A stretch of DNA of 64,000 nt, from NCBI GenBank assembly GCA_963781585.1, contig CAWAGQ010000007.1, positions 352,001 through 416,000 on the forward strand. Direction: 5' to 3'. Below are positions 38,252-47,000 of this stretch, piece after piece (the stretch's first letter is position 1; every line of letters begins with the position of its first letter). The notes beneath the pieces are model-generated. The model made no database searches. It was given only the letters and a program-made list of their open reading frames with translations, and was not told the origin of the DNA. The DNA comes from an uncultured Gemmatimonadaceae bacterium (GTDB taxonomy: Bacteria > Gemmatimonadota > Gemmatimonadetes > Gemmatimonadales > Gemmatimonadaceae). A program made the translations under genes and the position numbers.

Positions 38252-40030
38252 ATGGCCAAGACCAAGAGGGCGGCGGACAAACCGACGTTCGTGAAGGTTC
38301 GTTACGATCTGCTCGATCTGCCGACCGCGCAGCACAGGGCGGGGCTGGCCGGACTCGTGTTGCAAGTCGAGTCAATGAAGGAACGTGGGCTCGCTTCTGA
38401 ATCGGTTCCACACCTCGAAATGATTGGAGCGAGCGCGGTCGCAGCAACGTTTACTAAAGCATCTCTATGCGGACTGTTTGACGATCTGTACGACGCCAAG
38501 CCGGCGTTGGTGGAATCAGCGTCAAAGTGGTCCGGTGCCACGATTGTCGACGAGCGAGTACGGCCGGACCCGAAGACGGGCAAGACAAAGAAGGTTTTCG
38601 TATACAAGGTTGTTCAACCGCAGGGTCACTTTTTTCGGCGATACACCGACGATGGAAAGGAGATCTGGCGCAAGCTCTGGCGGGACATGCTCTGGGCTAT
38701 TCCACGCGGCAAGCCCACCACGCGTGGCCCATTCAACAACCGTGCGGCGGGGAAGTCATCCGGTGAAGGAGAATCCTTCTGGGTTAAGCTGCTGGCAATG
38801 GACAAGGCGCAAGGCAAAGGCCAGATCCCCACATGCGAGCTCGCCGGGGCGCTCCTTCTTGGTGCGCAAGCGGTCAACGCCGAAACCGTTCCGTTTCGCG
38901 ACCGGGTAGACCATGCCCTGCTGTTGCACTTTTGGCAGCTCACGGCACGTACCTTCGTGCCCGAGCAGGTTGACTCAGACGGCAAGCGTGAGTTTGCCGG
39001 GTACGTGCTCGCTATCCCGGACGTGACGGATCTTTCGCAATTCTGCCGCCGCTACAAGCGCGCCCTAGGCGCGCTGACCGATCGCGCAAGTGGCTACCGT
39101 CCGGCCGACGCAGTGATCTCACTACCGGCCGAAGGCGCTCTCGAGTTCATGGACGGGTTGGCGCGCCTCGCTGGAGAGGCCACATCCGTCGAGCGCAGTG
39201 ACGTGGCCCGCGCCCTCACGGGCGTTGAGTTCTTCCACATGATTAAGACCGGCAACAACGTCAAGACAATGACGCACGGCCGTATCTCACCTACGCCTGC
39301 CTTGCTGACGGAGTACGAGGCTATAACGCGCACGTCCCGAAATCCGATGTTCCGCACTGCTCGCCTGCTGGCGATGCTACATGGCCAACCTTGGTATTCA
39401 GAATGTGGCACACTTATGGCTGAGCGGCCGTGGCCCTTGTTTGTGCGGTCGGAAGATACGCCGCGCACTCTCCCTTCATTCGCCTGGGATGCCACGCGAA
39501 AGTTTCAAGCATCCCTTCAGAATGAGCAAACACGAAAGGTACACGCTATGAAGACCGGATCACCCGCTCCACTCACCCGTCTCGAGACGCTGGTCTACCG
39601 TCTCGTCCGCACCTACGTTCGAGCCAAGACCGAGCAGAGGAGCGGCATCAGCTACACGGACTTCAAAGACAAGAAGGTGACAGATGACAAGGGCCGGGTG
39701 CGCACCGACTACCCTCGGCCCTACACGGAAGCTCAGGAGAAAATCTGTTCGGACCTCTTCCTCGGCCTGCGCTCGCGGCGTGACGATGACTTCGTGAGCT
39801 ACTTCACCGGCACCATCGGCTCCGTCGCCCAGGGGCCGAACCTCTCGGACGAAGCGGGTTTCCGAGTCATCGCCGAAGCGCTCTTAAATGATGATGACGA
39901 GAGTCCCGAGAAGAGCACGTGGCGCGACGTACAGACGTTGGCAATGCTCGCGGTGTCCGCCGCGTCGTACGCCTCGACGCGCGCGGAAGACGATGAGGAC
40001 ACCACTACTACGGAAGAGGTCACTCGATGA
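38252..40030 (+). CDS. cas8: Cascade large subunit, Cmx8/Cas8 (Myxococcus type)
   Basis: YDLLDLPTAQHRAGLAGL, W.KLWRDMLWAIPRG.P, LGAQAVNAE.VPF.D and LLLHFW motifs; lies between cas3 and cas7. Confidence 0.85.
   Translation: MAKTKRAADKPTFVKVRYDLLDLPTAQHRAGLAGLVLQVESMKERGLASESVPHLEMIGASAVAATFTKASLCGLFDDLYDAKPALVESASKWSGATIVDERVRPDPKTGKTKKVFVYKVVQPQGHFFRRYTDDGKEIWRKLWRDMLWAIPRGKPTTRGPFNNRAAGKSSGEGESFWVKLLAMDKAQGKGQIPTCELAGALLLGAQAVNAETVPFRDRVDHALLLHFWQLTARTFVPEQVDSDGKREFAGYVLAIPDVTDLSQFCRRYKRALGALTDRASGYRPADAVISLPAEGALEFMDGLARLAGEATSVERSDVARALTGVEFFHMIKTGNNVKTMTHGRISPTPALLTEYEAITRTSRNPMFRTARLLAMLHGQPWYSECGTLMAERPWPLFVRSEDTPRTLPSFAWDATRKFQASLQNEQTRKVHAMKTGSPAPLTRLETLVYRLVRTYVRAKTEQRSGISYTDFKDKKVTDDKGRVRTDYPRPYTEAQEKICSDLFLGLRSRRDDDFVSYFTGTIGSVAQGPNLSDEAGFRVIAEALLNDDDESPEKSTWRDVQTLAMLAVSAASYASTRAEDDEDTTTTEEVTR
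39548..40030 (+). CDS. cas11: Putative internally translated Cas11 small subunit, in frame with cas8
   Basis: AAAGGT SD-like sequence at 39535-39540, 7 nt before an in-frame ATG that opens a helical 160-aa C-terminal segment. Confidence 0.6.
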   Translation: MKTGSPAPLTRLETLVYRLVRTYVRAKTEQRSGISYTDFKDKKVTDDKGRVRTDYPRPYTEAQEKICSDLFLGLRSRRDDDFVSYFTGTIGSVAQGPNLSDEAGFRVIAEALLNDDDESPEKSTWRDVQTLAMLAVSAASYASTRAEDDEDTTTTEEVTR

Positions 40031-40971
40031 ATCTGTTCGCGACAGTTCTCACCTATCCCGCACCCTCCGCCAACTATCGTGGCGAAAGTGAACTGAACAG
40101 GACGGTCATCCAAAAGGTGACCGACGGCCGTTTCGACTATCCGATCATCTCACCAGAAGCGATGCGCAACGCGCTCCGGGAGATTCTCAGCGGCTATGGG
40201 CTGAAGATGAATCGCACACGTCTACACGACGAGGAGCAACTGGCCGTGCGGTTCGAAGCCTACCCAGATCCGGCCACGTACGCCGACGATTTCCTCTTCG
40301 GCTATCTCGTTGCCGCCACCGGTGCTCAACGAAAGCAAATCCTCGAGGAGATGAAGAAGACGAACCGGAACGGATTCACTTTCAAGCGCGACAGTATTCT
40401 CCGGATGAACCTGGCCAAGGGCTTGGAACCTTATCGCCACAACGCCGTGTTCACGCAGTCGCCGCTCAGCGTCGAGAGCAGCGCGTACCAAAACGCGACG
40501 ACGTCCGCGCTTCTACACCGAGAGACGGCAGTTACCGCTTTTCAGTATCCCTTCGCGCTCAACATCAACGACTGCAAGACCAAGTCCGACTGGGCAAAGA
40601 AGCTGTTGAAGGCCATCGGGGAGCTGAACGGCGTCGCGGGCAACCACGCCCGCAGCTACTTCGAGATGGCGCCCGCGAGCATCATCGTTCGGTTCACCGA
40701 TCAACTTGTGGCCGGATACAACACCTATGGATTTCAGGTCGAGCGCAAAAGCGGCGTGCCGGAGGATACACACCGCTTGCCGGAAATCGTCGACGAGCTG
40801 CTCCGAGATGACTCGATCTTCCCCGGCGATGAGTTCTACATCGGCGGAATGATTGTTCGACAAATGCGCAACGATGATCAGGAAAGACTCAAATCGAAGG
40901 GTGTGACACTCGATCGCGATCCGCGCCGACTGCTCGCGACCGTAGCCGAAGCGGCCCTCGGCGGCTCATAA
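40027..40971 (+). CDS. cas7: Cas7 (DevR-type)
   Basis: ANYRGESELNRTVIQK, ISPEAMRNALRE, DDFLFGYL and VAGNHARSYFEMAP motifs. Confidence 0.9.
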   Translation: MNLFATVLTYPAPSANYRGESELNRTVIQKVTDGRFDYPIISPEAMRNALREILSGYGLKMNRTRLHDEEQLAVRFEAYPDPATYADDFLFGYLVAATGAQRKQILEEMKKTNRNGFTFKRDSILRMNLAKGLEPYRHNAVFTQSPLSVESSAYQNATTSALLHRETAVTAFQYPFALNINDCKTKSDWAKKLLKAIGELNGVAGNHARSYFEMAPASIIVRFTDQLVAGYNTYGFQVERKSGVPEDTHRLPEIVDELLRDDSIFPGDEFYIGGMIVRQMRNDDQERLKSKGVTLDRDPRRLLATVAEAALGGS

Positions 40972-41696
40972 TGCTTCAGCTCTGCGTGGAGGCTCCGTTC
41001 GCCGCCTTTCGGACGTTCACCGCCGGCTGGTACCGGCCGACGGCCTCGTTCATCACGCCGTCGGCTGCGTACGGCTTGCTTCTCAATATCGCTGGTATCG
41101 AGTCGCGCCTTTGCGAGCACGATCCTGGCCACGGTGGACGCATGCCGGCCAGCCTCACTAGGCCTGGCCTTCCCTCATGTCGGATTGCCGTCGGTCTACC
41201 GGAGGGCGCGGAGCCACCTCGCACTCAATCGCTCTTCCAGCAGCTGCACAATTATCCCGTTGGAACCCAAGCCGGGATGCCCTGGGAGATCTCCAAGGGG
41301 TCCAAGAACAACGTCACCCCGGTCCGCCGAGAGGTGCTCGTGAACCTGCGCGCAGTTCTCGCCGTCGATGCACCCCCCGACGGAGACCTCGAGAGCCGGA
41401 TCATTCGCGGCCTACGGGGCGAGCTCAATGACGACCGATATGGACTGCCATTCGTCGGCGACAACAACTTTCTCATTGACCAGCTACGAGTCATCGGCGT
41501 AGCGCGCCCGGTCAGATGGTACGCGCGAATCGAGTCTACTGACCGACAGGGCCCGCGACCCGGGGTCACGCGACTCACAACGCATGTCGACCGGGCCGAT
41601 ATGTCTGGTACTCGCTCCGCATTGTACGCGCCCGTCGAGCAGGTCACCATCGAACCGCCTGACGCCGCATGGACGCAAGTCGGACCCGCGGCATGA
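40971..41696 (+). CDS. cas5: Cas5 (DevS-type)
   Basis: APFAAFRTF.AG.YRPTA.FITPSAAYGLLLNIAG, QQLHNYPVG and RYGLPFVGDNNF motifs. Confidence 0.9.
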   Translation: MLQLCVEAPFAAFRTFTAGWYRPTASFITPSAAYGLLLNIAGIESRLCEHDPGHGGRMPASLTRPGLPSCRIAVGLPEGAEPPRTQSLFQQLHNYPVGTQAGMPWEISKGSKNNVTPVRREVLVNLRAVLAVDAPPDGDLESRIIRGLRGELNDDRYGLPFVGDNNFLIDQLRVIGVARPVRWYARIESTDRQGPRPGVTRLTTHVDRADMSGTRSALYAPVEQVTIEPPDAAWTQVGPAA

Positions 41697-41749
41697 TCCC
41701 GAGATGAGGGCCGCCGAGCTCCGGGTGCTGATCACATCTGAGTTCTCAC

Positions 41750-43405
41750 ATGCCTGAACGGCTGCCGACGATGGAGGAGCCCATCCGGGTGATGGCGCTC
41801 CACGCACTCCTCTACTGTGAGCGTCTGTTCTATCTCGAGGAGGTCGAAGAGATTCGCGTGGCCGACGCTGCCGTATACGCAGGCCGCGAGTTGCATGAGG
41901 CACTCGAGGCGGCGGAGGGAGAGAGCGTCGAATCGCTCGAGCTCCAGCACCCAACGCTCGGCCTCTTCGGCAAGATCGACGCGCTCAAACGGCGCGACGG
42001 CAGTTATGTGCCGTACGAGCACAAGCGCGGGCGCTGTCGTCGTGACGATGACAACGTACCCTCGGCATGGCCATCCGATCTGGTTCAGGCGGCCGCGTAC
42101 GGGATGATGCTGGAAGAAACGCTTGGCCGACCCGTGCCGGAAGCGCGAGTCCGGTATCATGCTGACAACGTCACCGTGCGTATCCCGCTCAACGAATATG
42201 CCCGCATGGAAGTCCGGACAGCCGTCGAGCGCGCGCGACTACTGCGGCGAACTGTCGAACGCCCGCCGATCGCCGAGAACGAGAAGCTCTGTCGACGATG
42301 CTCGCTGGCGCCGGTGTGCTTGCCTGAAGAGGTTCGGCAGGATGCAGATCCGTCTCACCTGCCGGCGCGCCTCTTCCCGCCGGATGATCAGCGAGGAACG
42401 CTGCACGTTGTTTCCGAGGGAGCGAGCGTGGGCCGCTCGGGCGATCGCCTCGTCGTGCGGCCGCGCGATGGATCGGCGTCATCCCATCCCAGCCGAGAGC
42501 TGGCCGCCGTGGTGCTGCACAGCTTCGCGCAGATCAGCACGCAGGCCATCCGCCTGTGCTGCGACAACGACATCGCGGTACACTGGCTAACGGCGAGCGG
42601 CGGACACATCGCATCGCTCACCTCATCCGTTGGCCAGGTCCAGCGTCGTATTCGGCAGTACAAGGCCCTGGCCGACCCCGCCACTTGCCTGCGACTGGCG
42701 AGAACGCTCGCCCATGCGAGGATCGAGGGTCAGCACCGCTACTTGCTGCGCGCCACGCGCGGCAGCGCGGAGGCACGCGCGACTGTCGATCCGCAGCTCG
42801 TCGCGATCGCCGCTCGTCTCGGATCGCTCAATGCTGCATCCGACATCGACTCCGTACGCGGCCACGAAGGAGAGGCCGCGGTTCACTACTTCGCCTCGCT
42901 CAACACACTCCTGTCACCCACCGTGCCCGAGGCACTTCGGTACGCCGGCCGCACGCGTCGACCGCCGCTGGATCGGTTCAGCGCCATCCTGAACTTCGGC
43001 TACGGACTGCTGCAGACAGCAGTTATGCGGGCTATCCTTGCCGTGGGGCTGGAGCCGGCGCTGGGATTCTATCACACACCTCGCTCTGCGGCGCACCCGC
43101 TGGTGCTGGACCTGATGGAGCTGTTCCGTGTCCCCCTCTGGGATTTGGTGACGATCGGATCGCTAAATCGAGGGCAATGGGATCCTGATGAAGATTTCGC
43201 TGTTACGAAGACCAAGGTCTGGCTGTCGAACGAAGGCCGAAGGAAGGCGATCGAGCTCTTCGAGCTCCGTCTTCAGGAGACTTGGAAGCACCCGGTGGTC
43301 AATTACTCACTATCCTATCTGCGGACTATCGAGCTGGAGGCGCGGCTTCTGGAAAAGGAGTGGTCCGGCGAGCCGGGACTGTTCGCCAGGCTGCGTTTAC
43401 GGTAG
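41750..43405 (+). CDS. cas1: Cas4-Cas1 fusion
   Basis: Cas4 part: YCERLFY, GKIDAL, YEHKRG, QAAAY, CRRCSLAPVC. Cas1 part: RGHEGEAA, RRPPLD, LNFGY, GFYH, LVLDLMELFR. Confidence 0.93.
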   Translation: MPERLPTMEEPIRVMALHALLYCERLFYLEEVEEIRVADAAVYAGRELHEALEAAEGESVESLELQHPTLGLFGKIDALKRRDGSYVPYEHKRGRCRRDDDNVPSAWPSDLVQAAAYGMMLEETLGRPVPEARVRYHADNVTVRIPLNEYARMEVRTAVERARLLRRTVERPPIAENEKLCRRCSLAPVCLPEEVRQDADPSHLPARLFPPDDQRGTLHVVSEGASVGRSGDRLVVRPRDGSASSHPSRELAAVVLHSFAQISTQAIRLCCDNDIAVHWLTASGGHIASLTSSVGQVQRRIRQYKALADPATCLRLARTLAHARIEGQHRYLLRATRGSAEARATVDPQLVAIAARLGSLNAASDIDSVRGHEGEAAVHYFASLNTLLSPTVPEALRYAGRTRRPPLDRFSAILNFGYGLLQTAVMRAILAVGLEPALGFYHTPRSAAHPLVLDLMELFRVPLWDLVTIGSLNRGQWDPDEDFAVTKTKVWLSNEGRRKAIELFELRLQETWKHPVVNYSLSYLRTIELEARLLEKEWSGEPGLFARLRLR

Positions 43406-43499
43406 CGGCCGAGTGCGGGGCAGGGTTTTCGGCTGCCAGCGAGCCCCGTTCCCGAGTTTCTCGGCACTGACCAGCGGTGACCGCGAATAGGAGAACGCA

Positions 43500-43802
43500 A
43501 TGTCCGCTGACGCAAAATGGTATCTGGTGTGCTATGACGTCCGGAATCCGCGACGCTTGCGTAAGGCGGCCAAGCATCTCGAGGGCTATGGTGAGCGGAT
43601 GCAATATTCGGTGTTCAGGTGCTGGCTCGGTCGCGCACAGCTGGAGCGGCTTCGATGGGAGCTGACGCAGCTCCTGGCGTCAGAGGACGACGTCTTGTTC
43701 ATCCCGCTTTGCTCCCGCTGTGTGGCCGGGCTCGCGGTCACGCACACGGCGAGCAAGCGCCCGCACTGGCCGACGGCGCCGGCGTCGCACAAGCTCGTTT
43801 GA
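43500..43802 (+). CDS. cas2: Cas2
   Basis: AGGAG RBS; YLVCYDV, RRLRK and GYGERMQYSVF motifs. Confidence 0.95.
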   Translation: MSADAKWYLVCYDVRNPRRLRKAAKHLEGYGERMQYSVFRCWLGRAQLERLRWELTQLLASEDDVLFIPLCSRCVAGLAVTHTASKRPHWPTAPASHKLV

Positions 43803-44085
43803 GGAATGGGACTGAGCCGCTGCCGTTCGCGACGCGATCAAGCTTCTTTGGCTGTACGCACCCCATGGGGGATACATCTGCCGCTAAACTTCGAGGAGAG
43901 TGCACCTTCCGACCGTCGGGCGCTTCCGCTGGTACGTGACTGCTGTAACTCCTCCAGTGGTCTCGTCTTCCGATGCCGAGTGGTGCGCCTTGCCACCAAT
44001 TCGGGGCAGGGCCAAGGCGTGGGCGCGGGGAGCGTGACTCTGTGCGTCGCAAACGATGCTCTGGCAATGGTTTCGTCCTCGGGCA
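43803..44085 (+). promoter_or_regulatory. CRISPR leader
   Basis: Non-coding 283 bp between cas2 and the first repeat; the degenerate repeat is at the opposite end of the array. Confidence 0.75.
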
Positions 44086-47000
44086 GTGATTCCTTCTTCG
44101 ATGCCGTCAGGCGTTGAGCACACGTGCTCGCAGACACGGCGACTGGCACCCGCGGTCGCGGCGAGTGATTCCTTCTTCGATGCCGTCAGGCGTTGAGCAC
44201 TGCCGATCGGACGCTGCTGATCATCGCGTGACACGATCCGGCCGTGTGATTCCTTCTTCGATGCCGTCAGGCGTTGAGCACATGAACGACGACCTGATTC
44301 CGCGCACGAAGCACGAAGTGATTCCTTCTTCGATGCCGTCAGGCGTTGAGCACCCGCAACTGATGCGACACGACGAGCTTCTCCAGCTCCTGTGATTCCT
44401 TCTTCGATGCCGTCAGGCGTTGAGCACGCTTCTCGTGCGCGGGCTCTATCCGCTGGTTCAGTGTGATTCCTTCTTCGATGCCGTCAGGCGTTGAGCACTC
44501 CGAGCGCAGGAACCACCCATCCGCCTGGAGCGCGAAGTGATTCCTTCTTCGATGCCGTCAGGCGTTGAGCACCAGCCACAAACGGCTCTGCTCTTGCCGG
44601 ACACGAGGGCGTGATTCCTTCTTCGATGCCGTCAGGCGTTGAGCACTGAGGAGCGAATCGGGGGACGCCCGAGCGACAAGGAGTGATTCCTTCTTCGATG
44701 CCGTCAGGCGTTGAGCACATTCGGGCGGGGGCGCAGTTGCAGAGCGGGAAGAGTGATTCCTTCTTCGATGCCGTCAGGCGTTGAGCACCCGTGCGAGGCC
44801 GCGATGAACTCCTTCCCGACTTTCGTGATTCCTTCTTCGATGCCGTCAGGCGTTGAGCACGTCCAGGCGCTTACGGATCGCGGCATCGCCTGCGAGTGAT
44901 TCCTTCTTCGATGCCGTCAGGCGTTGAGCACATTTCGCCGGAGCCGTCCAGCGTGAAGAAGCAGGGTGATTCCTTCTTCGATGCCGTCAGGCGTTGAGCA
45001 CAGTATCCTCGCGACCGCCTCCGGCGCGTATGCCCGGTGATTCCTTCTTCGATGCCGTCAGGCGTTGAGCACTGAGCACGCCCCAGCCGCTGATCCACGA
45101 GGAGCACGGTGATTCCTTCTTCGATGCCGTCAGGCGTTGAGCACTGGCTGGCGCGTGATGGGCATTGCCGTCACCGCGGCCCGTGATTCCTTCTTCGATG
45201 CCGTCAGGCGTTGAGCACAGATTCGACGGGATCAGGGAATCGACATGCTGCGCCGGGGAGTGATTCCTTCTTCGATGCCGTCAGGCGTTGAGCACAGCAC
45301 CGTGCAGTTGTCGTGATCGCCGCCAACGCGTGATTCCTTCTTCGATGCCGTCAGGCGTTGAGCACCCCGTGGATGCTGACCAGCGACTCTGGCGGGCGCG
45401 GTGATTCCTTCTTCGATGCCGTCAGGCGTTGAGCACTTGCGGCCTTGATCGCGGTGAGCGTCAGGCTGCCGTGATTCCTTCTTCGATGCCGTCAGGCGTT
45501 GAGCACATCTTCGCCTGGTCCTCTTTCGTCGCGGTCGCATATAGTGATTCCTTCTTCGATGCCGTCAGGCGTTGAGCACCGCCGCTGGAATCGGGGACCG
45601 ACGTGATCTGCTGGTAGGAGTGATTCCTTCTTCGATGCCGTCAGGCGTTGAGCACGCGACGTGGAACTGGATGCTTGGAAGTGCACCTACGCGAGTGATT
45701 CCTTCTTCGATGCCGTCAGGCGTTGAGCACTCCTCGAAGGGTTGCGGATCGCGCAACCCGCCCGTGTGATTCCTTCTTCGATGCCGTCAGGCGTTGAGCA
45801 CCCGCGTGCGTCATGATTGCCCCACACCGCATACTGAGTGATTCCTTCTTCGATGCCGTCAGGCGTTGAGCACTGCGCGCGGATCTCGGGGCTGCGTCGT
45901 CCCGGCTGTGATTCCTTCTTCGATGCCGTCAGGCGTTGAGCACAAAACGACTCCGAAAGACCGCCTCGCCCAGCTGTGCGTGATTCCTTCTTCGATGCCG
46001 TCAGGCGTTGAGCACTCACTAATCACACGCGCGCACACCATGACTCTCATCGTGATTCCTTCTTCGATGCCGTCAGGCGTTGAGCACTTAAAGTTCGCCA
46101 GCGATTGCAGTGTGACGCGATGAGTGTGATTCCTTCTTCGATGCCGTCAGGCGTTGAGCACTGCACTACGGCCTCACGCCGGGCATCCCGGGCGGCTAGT
46201 GATTCCTTCTTCGATGCCGTCAGGCGTTGAGCACTGCATCGTGAGCGGCACTTCGGCGGTCACGAGCGTGTGATTCCTTCTTCGATGCCGTCAGGCGTTG
46301 AGCACAGCACGATGTTGCTCGCGACCCACGCCCACGCCGCCGTGATTCCTTCTTCGATGCCGTCAGGCGTTGAGCACTACAGACCGCCCAGCTCATCCGT
46401 GGACCACTTGATGTGATTCCTTCTTCGATGCCGTCAGGCGTTGAGCACTCGGCTGTCGAGCACATGAGGCGCTCGGCCTAGCGTGATTCCTTCTTCGATG
46501 CCGTCAGGCGTTGAGCACTGTAACGGAGGGTGATCCTGTATTGCGGGGATGGGGGTGATTCCTTCTTCGATGCCGTCAGGCGTTGAGCACCGGTCGTATG
46601 GCGCCGAGTGGGATGCGGCGTTGGGGAGTGATTCCTTCTTCGATGCCGTCAGGCGTTGAGCACACGATTTGACGGTCAATATAACGCTTACGATCGTTGT
46701 GATTCCTTCTTCGATGCCGTCAGGCGTTGAGCACTGTGGGACGGCAGTAATCGCGTCGGACAGCTGGACGTGATTCCTTCTTCGATGCCGTCAGGCGTTG
46801 AGCACACGGCTCTCAAGGAGACGTGCTTGAATCATGCCCGTGATTCCTTCTTCGATGCCGTCAGGCGTTGAGCACTCCTTGCCGCGACGTTGGCCACGGC
46901 CGGGGTGCAGGTGATTCCTTCTTCGATGCCGTCAGGCGTTGAGCACACCGGTACGACCACCGCGGCATCGCGGGGTCCGCCAGGTGATTCCTTCTTCGAT

